IMG/VR virus record: IMGVR_UViG_3300027730_000005
Direction: 5' to 3' (one strand)
Length of the DNA stretch: 64,000 bases
Origin: a virus
Lineage: Duplodnaviria; Caudoviricetes
The stretch's first letter is position 1. Each line of letters opens with the position of its first letter. The position numbers and the translations under genes are program-made. Below the pieces are notes generated by a model. The model worked only from the letters and a program-made list of their open reading frames with translations. It ran no database searches and had not been told where the DNA came from. Shown here one piece after another: positions 27,342-37,181 of this stretch.

Positions 27342-27576
27342 TGCTGCGCCTCACTGTTCTTGCAAACTTACTTGTATCACGAGTACGGATAGCATTGAGT
27401 AATTTGCGTGTTAAATTTTCTGCTTGTTCCTGTGTGTACGAAGCATCAATCTGTTCTAATAGATTGATTGCACCGGCAATGATATTTGCAGCACGACTCT
27501 CTATCACTAGGTCGCGTTCACGCTCAATGTACATAGAATCTAATTCTTCTAATAGACTACGAGTTCGTTTCTGCAT
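27331..27576 (-). CDS. Hypothetical protein
   Basis: 81-aa helical ORF below tandem TAAATA (27597-27606). Confidence 0.7.
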   Translation of the reverse strand: MQKRTRSLLEELDSMYIERERDLVIESRAANIIAGAINLLEQIDASYTQEQAENLTRKLLNAIRTRDTSKFARTVRRSNAN

Positions 27577-27640
27577 ATGGATAAAGGCCTTTGGATTATT
27601 TATTTAAATTTGCACATACAACTTATTAATTAAATACCTG

Positions 27641-28684
27641 ATGAACAACTACTTTTGCGTTTTACCTTGGTACAGTCAAGAACTAGGATCTCAAAATAGT
27701 CCATGTTGCCTATTGCCGGACAAATACAATATTAATCAAATAAAACAAGATTTGCTCAATAACATTCCATCTGTAGATTGTAAAAAATGTTGGGATATAG
27801 AATCCACTGGAAACAAAAGTCGCCGTCAATTTGAGAATGAATTTTTAGACTATAAATTGGATAGAGATTTAGATAAGATTCAACAAGATTGTGCAGACTT
27901 AAAACATCAAACTTTACTTTATCAAATAACCACTAGTAATCTGTGTAATCAGGCATGTGTGAGCTGTGATAGCAGCTTATCAACTAAATGGGCGCAGATT
28001 GAAAAACGCATGGACATAATTCCTAAATCTCAATATCAAATTGAATTAGATCCAACAATTATCAATTACAGTTCAGCAAAACGAATTTCTTTGCTGGGCG
28101 GCGAACCGTTATTTGACCCTAAGACTTTTAAAATATTACAAAACTTAATTGACCACAATAACACTAATTGTTTTATATCATTGATCACCAATGGCAGTAT
28201 ACATCTAAACATACAACAAATTGACTTACTGAAGCAGTTTAATGATTTGAATATTTGTATCAGCATTGATGGCATTGGTACTGTATTTGAATACATGAGA
28301 TGGCCCGGAAAGTGGAATAACCTACTAGAAAATATTAAACAGTACAAAAACATAGCAAAAAATATCAGTGTAAGCTACACAATTAGTTCATTGAATGCTA
28401 TGTACTATAACGAAACTGTTGAGTGGTTTCAACAGAATAATCTAACATACAATCACAATGTTGTTTCATCTCCAGAATGGCTATCACTAGCAAACATGCC
28501 AACCATACTAAAACAACACTTAACTCAACAAGATAATTTTATCAAAATGTATTGTAAGCCCAATGGATGTGAGATAGATTTAAAAATCCTAACACAAAAT
28601 ATTGTTAAACAAGACCATGCAAAAAAAATAAACATCAAAGACTATATGCCTGAACTAGCTGCTGTTATTTTTGATACTGTATAA
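27641..28684 (+). CDS. Radical SAM protein with N-terminal Cys cluster
   Basis: CNQACVSC, LGGEP, ITNGS, ISIDG, N-terminal CVLPW..CC..CKKC. TAAATA is 4 nt upstream. Confidence 0.88.
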   Translation: MNNYFCVLPWYSQELGSQNSPCCLLPDKYNINQIKQDLLNNIPSVDCKKCWDIESTGNKSRRQFENEFLDYKLDRDLDKIQQDCADLKHQTLLYQITTSNLCNQACVSCDSSLSTKWAQIEKRMDIIPKSQYQIELDPTIINYSSAKRISLLGGEPLFDPKTFKILQNLIDHNNTNCFISLITNGSIHLNIQQIDLLKQFNDLNICISIDGIGTVFEYMRWPGKWNNLLENIKQYKNIAKNISVSYTISSLNAMYYNETVEWFQQNNLTYNHNVVSSPEWLSLANMPTILKQHLTQQDNFIKMYCKPNGCEIDLKILTQNIVKQDHAKKINIKDYMPELAAVIFDTV

Positions 28685-29783
28685 ATTCAGCAACTTCAGG
28701 GAATACTGCTGTCATGTTTAAGTTTCTGCGATGATCATTTTTTTGTAACTCTTCCAGTACTCTTGTTAAATTGTATTGTTGTGATCCTAGAATTTTCAAT
28801 TGTTGTATCCAAGGTTGGCAGTAATTGGATTGAGATTTAAAATACTCAATCATTGCATTGGGCATGGACTCTAGTCCGATGGACTCTAGTCCGTAAATTC
28901 CAAATGCTTGATGTGTGTATATTTCTATATCGTCACCAAATACAGATTTTGAAAAGTTTTGTTCATGCCAGTTGTACACATTATTAAGACTTAAAACATT
29001 TAAAATGCTAGCAGTCACAGTCAATGACAACATGCTGTTGTGAGGTAAATTTTTCTGCCACCACAATAAATTTTCTTCAACTTTATCCCATTTAGCTGGA
29101 TATCGCAAATACTCAAATTGATTACCAATCTCGTCGATACTGAAACTTATTCGAGCAAACTTAAATTTTTCAATAAGTTCTTTTGTTGATTGATCTATGC
29201 GTTGGGTACCATTAGTGTTGTACATTAATTTGATTTGGCTAACATCTGTATGATCAACTAGGTGTTGTAATATTTGTTTATGAGTTAATGTTAAAAATGG
29301 CTCGCCTCCCCACATACGAAGTTCTCGCAAATTTGAAAGATCGAGAGCCTGCAATTTTGTTTTTATAAAATTGTCAATGTTAGGCCTAACATTGAGGCCT
29401 TTTATCCCAAGTTCTTTTCTCCAGGTGGTACTTAGCTCCGGGCCGCATGTTACACAAGCCAAATTACAAGTATAGTCAATATTAACGTCAAGGTATTGAA
29501 TGCCTGGATCATGTGTTTCTGCACCATGGGTTTCAAGGTAACCTACCCGCATGCTTTTTTTATTTGTCTCTTCTTGAGCAATACATTTAGAACAAAAAGA
29601 TTTTGGCAAAATATTTTGTTGATTTTTAACACGCAGTTGGATTAGATCTGGGTGAAAAAAATCAACATGATCCGAAGTTTGAATTAACTGGTTTGCCCAA
29701 CAACATGCCGAGTATGATACTGATTGTTTGTCAATTTTGGCTAGCATAAGCCCATGATGTATCCTAGGGCAGTATTTGCTCAT
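28665..29783 (-). CDS. Radical SAM protein with N-terminal Cys cluster
   Basis: CNLACVTC, WGGEP, YNTNGT, FSIDE, N-terminal CPRI..CC..CSKC. Confidence 0.88.
   Translation of the reverse strand: MSKYCPRIHHGLMLAKIDKQSVSYSACCWANQLIQTSDHVDFFHPDLIQLRVKNQQNILPKSFCSKCIAQEETNKKSMRVGYLETHGAETHDPGIQYLDVNIDYTCNLACVTCGPELSTTWRKELGIKGLNVRPNIDNFIKTKLQALDLSNLRELRMWGGEPFLTLTHKQILQHLVDHTDVSQIKLMYNTNGTQRIDQSTKELIEKFKFARISFSIDEIGNQFEYLRYPAKWDKVEENLLWWQKNLPHNSMLSLTVTASILNVLSLNNVYNWHEQNFSKSVFGDDIEIYTHQAFGIYGLESIGLESMPNAMIEYFKSQSNYCQPWIQQLKILGSQQYNLTRVLEELQKNDHRRNLNMTAVFPEVAEFIQYQK
28864..28893. repeat. 15-bp tandem duplication
   Basis: ATGGACTCTAGTCCG x2, in frame (GLESI-GLESM). Confidence 0.9.
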
Positions 29784-31216
29784 GATGTTTTGATCTTTCC
29801 TAACAACTGCTTGAGTTTGGTACTTTGCACATCTGCTGAGATTTTTGGATCTGACGAGTCATTACTATCTTTAGGAGTCGGACGGTCCCACCTGCTGCCT
29901 GAATTGATAGATTCTGCTGGAGTGACTGACGCTTTTGCTTTGATAGAATCCATCAAGCTGGGTTTGCGGAACGAATTTTCACCGCCTTCGTCTCCAGCAT
30001 CTGTAATACGCATAGTGTCAATATCATATTCAAGATCAATTTTTTGTCCTACTCCTGTTGAACTGCGCGACTTCATACATTGAATTTGATACTTGCCACG
30101 CTCTTTCATTTGTCTGCTGGTAAGGATACCAAACACATTATCTGCTGTGTTGATCTTGCTAATACCACCTGAAATATGACTGTGGTCAAACTCTACTTCT
30201 TCTACAGCTGATCGATTCAACTGACTTGCAGTGACCATGAGTATTTGTAATTCTTTGGCCAAATTACGTAGTTCTTCACTCACATATTTGTCTTTAACAA
30301 ACAAATCATTAGGACTTACTTTTGCGCTCACTGGCATCAACAAATCCAAATAGTCAATCATCACAAAGTCCACACGCTTGCCTGTTTGAATTTGATATTC
30401 TTTCAAGTATGCTCGTATATCATTGATGTTGCTCTGTGCCGGTAATCCTTTCACTTGATAGTTTCCAGATTTCTTACCCACTAGTTTGACTTTGAGCTCA
30501 GTGGTATCAATATCTTTACGAATATCCTTGGTGCTCATGTTGGTCAGCATAGCATCAGTTCTTAGACTTGTGAGTTCTTCACTCAACTCCAATGTGATGT
30601 ACACCCCGCTCAATCCTGTTTGTACCCAATTCAATGCTATGTTCATCATGACCAAACTCTTGCCCGAACCCGACCCACCAGCAAAGATGTTTAATTCACC
30701 GCGACTGAATCCACCATACAACAGTCGATCCATCTGCGGCCATCCTGTGCTGACTTGTCCGCCAGAGTTGAAATACTTTTCAATTCTACCCTTGGGATCA
30801 GCAAAGTAATCAGTGCCCATGTCTTTAGTCAAGCTGATTTGCACAGCATCTTTGATCAGTTTCTCCACTGGATCATAATCGCCTTTTTCCAACAAGTCTG
30901 CTGCTTTGAGAATTGCACGTTCCAGTTCTTGACGGCGAGTGAATGCTTCAAACTCTGTCATGAACCATTCAAAGTGTCCTTCGTTCAGCTCCGGCACTGG
31001 TTGTAGTTTCACTCCTGTTGTGGCTGATATCTGTGCTCTATCAGGAAGTGTTTTGTATTTGTCTCCGTGTTCTTTAAGAAACTCAGCAGCTGGTCTCAAA
31101 CTTCGATCAAAGTTTTCTGGATTATAGATGTTCTGTACACGTACATAGCCTTGTGCGTCTTCCAACATCATTTCCAAAAATAACTTTTGTACTTCAATAG
31201 AATAATCTTTAAGCAT
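29780..31216 (-). CDS. gp41: Replicative DnaB-like helicase (gp41-like)
   Basis: AGGSGSGKS, ITLEL, MIDYLDL, ASQLNRS, SGGISKINTAD, MKSR. Confidence 0.92.
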   Translation of the reverse strand: MLKDYSIEVQKLFLEMMLEDAQGYVRVQNIYNPENFDRSLRPAAEFLKEHGDKYKTLPDRAQISATTGVKLQPVPELNEGHFEWFMTEFEAFTRRQELERAILKAADLLEKGDYDPVEKLIKDAVQISLTKDMGTDYFADPKGRIEKYFNSGGQVSTGWPQMDRLLYGGFSRGELNIFAGGSGSGKSLVMMNIALNWVQTGLSGVYITLELSEELTSLRTDAMLTNMSTKDIRKDIDTTELKVKLVGKKSGNYQVKGLPAQSNINDIRAYLKEYQIQTGKRVDFVMIDYLDLLMPVSAKVSPNDLFVKDKYVSEELRNLAKELQILMVTASQLNRSAVEEVEFDHSHISGGISKINTADNVFGILTSRQMKERGKYQIQCMKSRSSTGVGQKIDLEYDIDTMRITDAGDEGGENSFRKPSLMDSIKAKASVTPAESINSGSRWDRPTPKDSNDSSDPKISADVQSTKLKQLLGKIKTS

Positions 31217-31221
31217 GATTA

Positions 31222-32208
31222 TTAAGAACTCCGTATTCTTTTAACAAGATTTTTCTTTCTCATTTCAATTTTGATTCGACTGGTTTCACGATTTTCAAAT
31301 ATAGTTAGCAGAGTTGTCAACCTACCATAGCGAACCACGCTGTCATTCACATCCTTGATATCTGCGGGCCACGGTGGCATGCTTACTGCCCATCCTAGTT
31401 CCACAGCACGATCCACAAGTTCCATACCTGCTGAATCTTGATCTGGCACCACAGTAATCTCTCGGCCAAGTCCGCGAATTAGTCTAGCTTGTTCATCTGA
31501 TATAGTGTTGTGCATTACTGCTAGGCCACCAATACTGAGTGCATCAAATATACCCTCTACTACAATTGCATTGGTCCAATCCGCATGTTGCAAATCTGTG
31601 CCAAACACATATCCCTGTTGGCTATCACTGATGTATTTGGGTGTTTTATTATCCAGAAATCTGCGAGTATATCCCACAATGCGATTATCATGAGTAAATG
31701 GTATGATTACATTAGGTCGTGTTAGGAAGGAACGTTCTCTGTGCAATTCTATCATCAATGGATAATCATCTGGCACATGTCTGTTTTGTACATAAGTTCT
31801 ATACGGTTCTTGATCGACCAGCAATTCGCTAAAATCTGGTAGTTCACGTTCTTCAAAATTAATACCTGCTAATGTAGAATACAGTCGCTGCCGGTCATCA
31901 ACGATACCGTATATGCCTCGATGTCTTAGACTTTCTAAGTTTAGCATATCAATTTCGGTGATAGGCACACCCATCCAGCTCAAGAGCCTACGGGCCTTAT
32001 AACTCAGTGTTCGGCCAAGGATAAAGCTGGCGGTGTAGTTGCAGTTGAAGCAATGATAGCTCCACCCTTGTTCCGTAGGCTTAATTCCACCACGATTGCG
32101 TTGATCTTTTGTACTGCCATTGTGTTGACAACATACTGCATTGAAACTGGTCCAGCCTGACGGTGTGGTCTTTCGTTTTGCTGGCAAGTATTCAAGGATA
32201 TCTAGCAT
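31222..32208 (-). CDS. gp61: DNA primase (gp61-like)
   Basis: Zinc motifs CC..H..CFNC, and TOPRIM VVEGIFDA, VPDQD, KDVND. Confidence 0.9.
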   Translation of the reverse strand: MLDILEYLPAKRKTTPSGWTSFNAVCCQHNGSTKDQRNRGGIKPTEQGWSYHCFNCNYTASFILGRTLSYKARRLLSWMGVPITEIDMLNLESLRHRGIYGIVDDRQRLYSTLAGINFEERELPDFSELLVDQEPYRTYVQNRHVPDDYPLMIELHRERSFLTRPNVIIPFTHDNRIVGYTRRFLDNKTPKYISDSQQGYVFGTDLQHADWTNAIVVEGIFDALSIGGLAVMHNTISDEQARLIRGLGREITVVPDQDSAGMELVDRAVELGWAVSMPPWPADIKDVNDSVVRYGRLTTLLTIFENRETSRIKIEMRKKNLVKRIRSS

Positions 32209-32210
32209 CC

Positions 32211-32945
32211 TTACATTGTAGCAGAGTCTATGGTAGAAATCAACTTTTCAGTAATCATTACGTGGCCAATTTCATTGGGGTGGCCTCCGGGCATGACAAG
32301 TTCGCGATTTCGATTTCCAGGATGGTCTCGAAACCAAAGTGTAGTTGCAAAGTTGGGCCAAATTATAGTAGGGGTGTTTTTCATTTCACATTCAGCTGGC
32401 ATGATGTGAAACTGCATTATAGGTATGTTGTGTCTAGCAGATACTCCGTCAAAGAACATCACAGTCTGTTGATAGTTTAATCGTGTGAGTTCAGCACAGT
32501 TGGTCAATACCAGTTGTTGCTTGATCATGGTACGGAATTCTTCAGGTACTACACTGCTTCCAAATTCCACCCAGGTAGAATGTATGAACTTGTTCCAAGG
32601 TGGATCGTTGGAGTAACTACGATGATTAGGATTGTAAAAGCTAAGTCTGTCAGAATCAGTGTGTCCTACCAATACCAAACATTGTTCTGGATTGGGTTCA
32701 TGCTCTAACCACCATTGAAATGTCCAAATTGAACTTTGCATGGATCCACCTGGGATGCCAAAATTTTCAACAGGTACATTGTAATGTTTACCAAGCAACC
32801 CTAAAAAGTTATGATTGGTTCGATATGTAGTATTCTGTACCCAACACGAGTGTGCATCAGAGTGTTTTTGTGCTAGTGCTGGATCCAGTAACTCGTCACC
32901 ATACATCCATGAGTCACCAAATCCTACAATTTTTTTATATTTCAT
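32211..32945 (-). CDS. SGNH/GDSL-hydrolase-like protein
   Basis: GFGDSW, NFGIPG, GHPNEIGH. Confidence 0.65.
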   Translation of the reverse strand: MKYKKIVGFGDSWMYGDELLDPALAQKHSDAHSCWVQNTTYRTNHNFLGLLGKHYNVPVENFGIPGGSMQSSIWTFQWWLEHEPNPEQCLVLVGHTDSDRLSFYNPNHRSYSNDPPWNKFIHSTWVEFGSSVVPEEFRTMIKQQLVLTNCAELTRLNYQQTVMFFDGVSARHNIPIMQFHIMPAECEMKNTPTIIWPNFATTLWFRDHPGNRNRELVMPGGHPNEIGHVMITEKLISTIDSATM

Positions 32946-34030
32946 CTAACTAGTATGCTTACAATGGCTCCACGATTGATACTGATCGCAGCAATCTGAT
33001 TGCTGCGTTGCGGATTGGCTACATATCCCTGACCACCATTAATAACATTTATGGCACTTACTGAGTTGCCTTCAATTTCTGCTTCGGCCACAGCACCAGC
33101 ACCTAGACCAATGATATTCACACGTGGTGGTGCTAGATACCCGTATCCAGACTGATTCACAGTGATACCAGTAATCACTCCATTGGCTCCGTAAGCTGTA
33201 GCAGTGGCCAATTGTACCTGTTCTGTACCCGGCCATTGATCTGACACAAGTCTCAACAAAGGATGATATCCTAATACATTGATATAGGCTGTACCAGTTT
33301 TATTGTAATAGCTTTGCTGTTCAGTAACATCTACCCAAACTGATTCATAATTTTGAGCACCTTGTGCTTTGACATTTCCAGTAAAGTGATCCATTTCCAT
33401 CTGGAACGTGGTCAAGCTGCTGCCATTACTGTCCACATGACTGCTAAATCGTTGCGGATCATTGAAAACATTTCCAAATGCACCTGGTGGATTTAATGCC
33501 CAGTCTGGATAATTGGAATTGAATACAGGATCTATATATGCTTCTGGACCGTAAATGGTAGGAATAGTTACCAAATGGCTGGGTACAAAAGCAGGTTTTA
33601 CACTGTCTACAATATCCACGTCGCCACGAGCTTGGGCTTGTGCATCTACAAACACAGCTTCTACTAGATTACCGCTGGCACGTTCTATACTGTAGCTGCT
33701 GGGGTCAGGTGGGAATTCAGAAGTTTCTGCAGAAGTTAATGTGACTTTGGCTCGCCCGTATTGTGCATTGATAATGACCATGTCTTTTTCAATCAACTGT
33801 GCAGTACCTGCTAGATTGATCAATTTGAATCGTAATTCAGACCCTGTGATATTCACAGGCTTTTGGTCTTGGTTGACAAACTCAAACAAGATCACGTTGT
33901 CAACACCTTTGTTGATGGTTAATTTTTTAGCGTACACAGGGTCCCACCTCCGGTCAAAATAAGCACCGCTGGAATCTAAGACCAACACTCGTTGGATTTG
34001 TTGATAGATATAGATCTGAGTTGAATACAT
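32942..34030 (-). CDS. Putative virion structural (baseplate-associated) protein
   Basis: TINKGVDNVILFEFVNQDQKPVNIT, and GSGY/GQGY-type fibre repeats at the C-terminus. Late promoter at 34046-34051. Confidence 0.55.
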   Translation of the reverse strand: MYSTQIYIYQQIQRVLVLDSSGAYFDRRWDPVYAKKLTINKGVDNVILFEFVNQDQKPVNITGSELRFKLINLAGTAQLIEKDMVIINAQYGRAKVTLTSAETSEFPPDPSSYSIERASGNLVEAVFVDAQAQARGDVDIVDSVKPAFVPSHLVTIPTIYGPEAYIDPVFNSNYPDWALNPPGAFGNVFNDPQRFSSHVDSNGSSLTTFQMEMDHFTGNVKAQGAQNYESVWVDVTEQQSYYNKTGTAYINVLGYHPLLRLVSDQWPGTEQVQLATATAYGANGVITGITVNQSGYGYLAPPRVNIIGLGAGAVAEAEIEGNSVSAINVINGGQGYVANPQRSNQIAAISINRGAIVSILVR

Positions 34031-34066
34031 ATGGTGCTCCAATGATATTTACCTAGAGTCTCCGGG

Positions 34067-34074
34067 TATAAATA
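34067..34074 (+). promoter_or_regulatory. T4-type late promoter
   Basis: TATAAATA, divergent from TAAATA at 34046-34051. Confidence 0.7.
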
Positions 34075-34090
34075 TCCAAACTAATACAAT

Positions 34091-34468
34091 ATGGGCAGAG
34101 ACTTATTTCAAAAACTTGCAGACAAATATCCGTTTATAACGCTGTGTGTGTACGCCACCAACGAATATGTAGGTATCGTGCAGAATAGAGATGATATAAT
34201 CACCACTATCTATGACTTTGGAAACGTAAAAGATCTAGAACAAAAACGTCGATACCTGGAATTGGCCAACACCTGGTGGTGGGAATCAAATCGTAGTATA
34301 CCTATTAACATATTCCTACGTGGCGAATGGGACGAATTCCGCGGATGTTTAAGAACTTTTGTAAACAAGGACTTGGAAATACTGCATGGTCCTGTATGCA
34401 GCTTAAACGATATTGCCCGTAGAAAAGGCAAACGCAAATCAATTACCTTGGTCAGGCGTATGGAGTAA
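34091..34468 (+). CDS. Hypothetical protein
   Basis: 125-aa ORF with WWWESNRSIPINIFL, below a late promoter. Confidence 0.75.
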   Translation: MGRDLFQKLADKYPFITLCVYATNEYVGIVQNRDDIITTIYDFGNVKDLEQKRRYLELANTWWWESNRSIPINIFLRGEWDEFRGCLRTFVNKDLEILHGPVCSLNDIARRKGKRKSITLVRRME

Positions 34469-35008
34469 ATTCATATGTAGCGCAACTAATGCTGCATATC
34501 CCACAGCATGAGCTTTTTTGAATACATATCCTCGGCTGTCATCGCCATCCCATACTGATTCAAATACTTGAGACCAAGGCTGATTCTGCAAGTGTGCTTT
34601 GCCCGGACGTATCACACTGATAAATGCTGCCATTCTGGGAATAGAGTCAGGCCGCATACTTTTTAACAACTGAGTGTAGTTGCCAATATGAATCAACTGG
34701 TTGGCCCATTCTGAATCTTGCCACAATCTATCCCACGGCGGTGTGGCTGTTAACATTTGTTCATAATGTGCAGGATCTGTTACCAAGCTATAAACACTCA
34801 TGTTCAACAAGTCAATCTTGAAATAGCCTCTTGTTTCTGCGGTTTCGTAATCCAAGGCTGCACATCCTAGTATTGGATCACGTGGAATATCTGTAACGTA
34901 GATTCCTGAGTTGTGCTTTTTTCCATTGCTTTGCCGTGCAGCGGTGTGCTGTATCAATGCCAACACAGCATCTCTATTGGGCATGTCAATGTCAATATCT
35001 GCACTCAT
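34439..35008 (-). CDS. dnaE: Miniature DNA polymerase III alpha-like (family C) core fragment
   Basis: ADIDID, YFKIDLLN, VIRPG and YVFKKAHAVGYA match DnaE PDxDxD, KxDxLG, RPG and FNKSHA motifs. Confidence 0.8.
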   Translation of the reverse strand: MSADIDIDMPNRDAVLALIQHTAARQSNGKKHNSGIYVTDIPRDPILGCAALDYETAETRGYFKIDLLNMSVYSLVTDPAHYEQMLTATPPWDRLWQDSEWANQLIHIGNYTQLLKSMRPDSIPRMAAFISVIRPGKAHLQNQPWSQVFESVWDGDDSRGYVFKKAHAVGYAALVALHMNLLHTPDQGN

Positions 35009-35012
35009 AATT

Positions 35013-35705
35013 TTACCATCCTGCTTGTGTTAAGATTTCTTTTGCGTAGGCCTGGTCTGCCGGATAATCCACAAACTTCTTTTGCCATACGTCTGAATCA
35101 ATATACGGCCATATTATTGCCACTTGTTCTGCATTGAGTTCATTCAAGAACTTCTGTCCTGATTCACTATTATAAATTACCCAAGCACTTATCCTGCCAG
35201 TGGTGATTGCATAGCATGTGGCATTGATACTGCCATATCTCAAACAATCGTGTGCCGATGCATGTTGCTTTTCACTCCACCCTATACCGTGTTCAATGGC
35301 TCGAGCCAATGCATCATCCACTGATTCGCGACGCACATATTCCACTAGATATTCTGTGTATAGTTTGTCGCTGCACCAGTTGTCTATCTTCTTGTTGTTC
35401 TTCAACAACCATTCTATGAAACGCACGGGATTGATCACCTTGACATCTACACAATATCTACCCCACTTGACAAATGCACGGTAATAAGGAGATGTGGCAA
35501 AGTCGTTCCACGTCTTGACTTTGGCGGATCCTTGGGTGTATTCGTAGAACTTTAGATACCCTTGTAGTCCTAATTGCACGCCACGTTCTGCAGATTCCTG
35601 ATATCGTTTCTTCTGTTCACAAACATGCACACTCAGACTAGATTCCTTGCTGAATGATCGATTGCAATACTTGCATGTGAAATTACTTGTCGTTGCCATG
35701 GTCAC
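35013..35705 (-). CDS. Hypothetical protein with N-terminal zinc finger
   Basis: CKYC...HVC. Confidence 0.7.
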   Translation of the reverse strand: MTMATTSNFTCKYCNRSFSKESSLSVHVCEQKKRYQESAERGVQLGLQGYLKFYEYTQGSAKVKTWNDFATSPYYRAFVKWGRYCVDVKVINPVRFIEWLLKNNKKIDNWCSDKLYTEYLVEYVRRESVDDALARAIEHGIGWSEKQHASAHDCLRYGSINATCYAITTGRISAWVIYNSESGQKFLNELNAEQVAIIWPYIDSDVWQKKFVDYPADQAYAKEILTQAGW

Positions 35706-36126
35706 GTATGAGTTGTGTGACTTCTTTTTTAGTGGTCATTGTGGCCATCAAATCAATTTCATCTTCTTTGAAATGCGGATACAATTCTCTCAATTGCTTC
35801 TTCATGGCTGAATCACCAGCTTCTTTCTTTTTAAGTGAGATCCAACTATGCCGCCTGGCACCCATACCCGGACTGGCTGCTGTGGCCATGAGCCATTGCA
35901 GTTTGGGATGCCGATGCATAGTAAAGAAGTGCTTGTTGAGATAGTGATTCACACTCTGCACATAGTATTCCTGTAGTTCCTGGGCACCGTCTACTGTGCT
36001 GCCCCAACGAACCATAAGGAACGTGCTGAATTTCTTACGTTCTTCAGGAGTAAGCTCATCGTAGAACGCTCGATTCTTTGCGTCCATTTGCCGCATTTCG
36101 TTGCTGATGTTTAGTTTATCGCTCAT
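35683..36126 (-). CDS. Putative clamp-loader small subunit (gp62-like)
   Basis: EERKKFSTFLMVRW, HPKLQW, WISLKKK and LYPH resemble T4-like gp62. Confidence 0.6.
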   Translation of the reverse strand: MSDKLNISNEMRQMDAKNRAFYDELTPEERKKFSTFLMVRWGSTVDGAQELQEYYVQSVNHYLNKHFFTMHRHPKLQWLMATAASPGMGARRHSWISLKKKEAGDSAMKKQLRELYPHFKEDEIDLMATMTTKKEVTQLIRDHGNDK

Positions 36127-36362
36127 TTTGTCTTGGTAAGATGATAGATCATTATAGCACGTTCTAGTGCATCTTGTAAAGTGGGATTGGTATCAGCTGC
36201 TCGACGTATGTTGCCCCAGAGCTTGTCTTCCTGGATGTGTTCGTACAAGGGTCTACCGTCTGATGTTCTGCTGTCATATGATTCTACCAACTCACGGTCT
36301 GTACAGCCCGAGTCTCGACGATACACAGTATTACCACCATCAGGACTTTCAAACACTGGCAT
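36123..36362 (-). CDS. Hypothetical protein
   Basis: FESPDGGNTVYRR motif. Confidence 0.7.
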   Translation of the reverse strand: MPVFESPDGGNTVYRRDSGCTDRELVESYDSRTSDGRPLYEHIQEDKLWGNIRRAADTNPTLQDALERAIMIYHLTKTK

Positions 36363-36365
36363 AAT

Positions 36366-37178
36366 TTACTCGTTTAATGTCATGGCATCTTTAAAATTCA
36401 AAGTTGCTCCATTGGTACGCCATTGTTCAGCAACCAGACGATGCGACCAGTACTGTGAGTCGTTGGCTGTGTCTACTCCTAATGTGATTTTGTTCTTGTT
36501 CTTAAAGGTGGTATCAAATGATGCGTCTTCAAACAACATTGGAAAATTAAACACACCGCCCAATTGCAGATACAGTAAATTTTCTATGATAGGCCCGTAA
36601 GGAACTCCATTAAGATAAATGAAATCCAGTTGATAACTGTTGTACCCTTGGCACACTCTATCTAATAAAAGTTTAACATAGGATCTTCTGAACAACGAAT
36701 GTGCTCCCCACCAACGTCCACGTGTTATCTTTAATGATAATTTGGGATCACCAGCAGGATTACAGTAAGGCATCATGACTTTGGTCAGTTGCACGCCATT
36801 CCAGTGCATGGGTAGATTTTGTACAAACTCGTCCCAGGTAAAATTCCAATGCTTTATGCTTTCAAAGCTAACGTCATCTTCACAAAAAATAGCATATTCT
36901 TCATCAGTGGAAACATACCAATTTCTCAAAAGATTTATGTGAGATATTATAGTGCCCATCTGTGTGCGAACTTCGGGCATACCCAATCCTGTGCCTGTTA
37001 CTTGAACATAATCAGATATTTTTTCAAATCTTTCAGTTAGGTATACATTTGTTTTTGTAATACCATAATGGTCAAATTGATTTTGCATGTATGCTCTACG
37101 GTCCGTACTTTCCCGCAAACTGGTATAGTTTACTGAAGGAAAATTTTTAAGTTTTTCACTGTAGGATAACTCTGCCAT
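36366..37178 (-). CDS. Glycosyltransferase, GT25-like
   Basis: SLRESTDRR, IISHINL, AIFCEDDV. Confidence 0.7.
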   Translation of the reverse strand: MAELSYSEKLKNFPSVNYTSLRESTDRRAYMQNQFDHYGITKTNVYLTERFEKISDYVQVTGTGLGMPEVRTQMGTIISHINLLRNWYVSTDEEYAIFCEDDVSFESIKHWNFTWDEFVQNLPMHWNGVQLTKVMMPYCNPAGDPKLSLKITRGRWWGAHSLFRRSYVKLLLDRVCQGYNSYQLDFIYLNGVPYGPIIENLLYLQLGGVFNFPMLFEDASFDTTFKNKNKITLGVDTANDSQYWSHRLVAEQWRTNGATLNFKDAMTLNE

Positions 37179-37181
37179 GAC

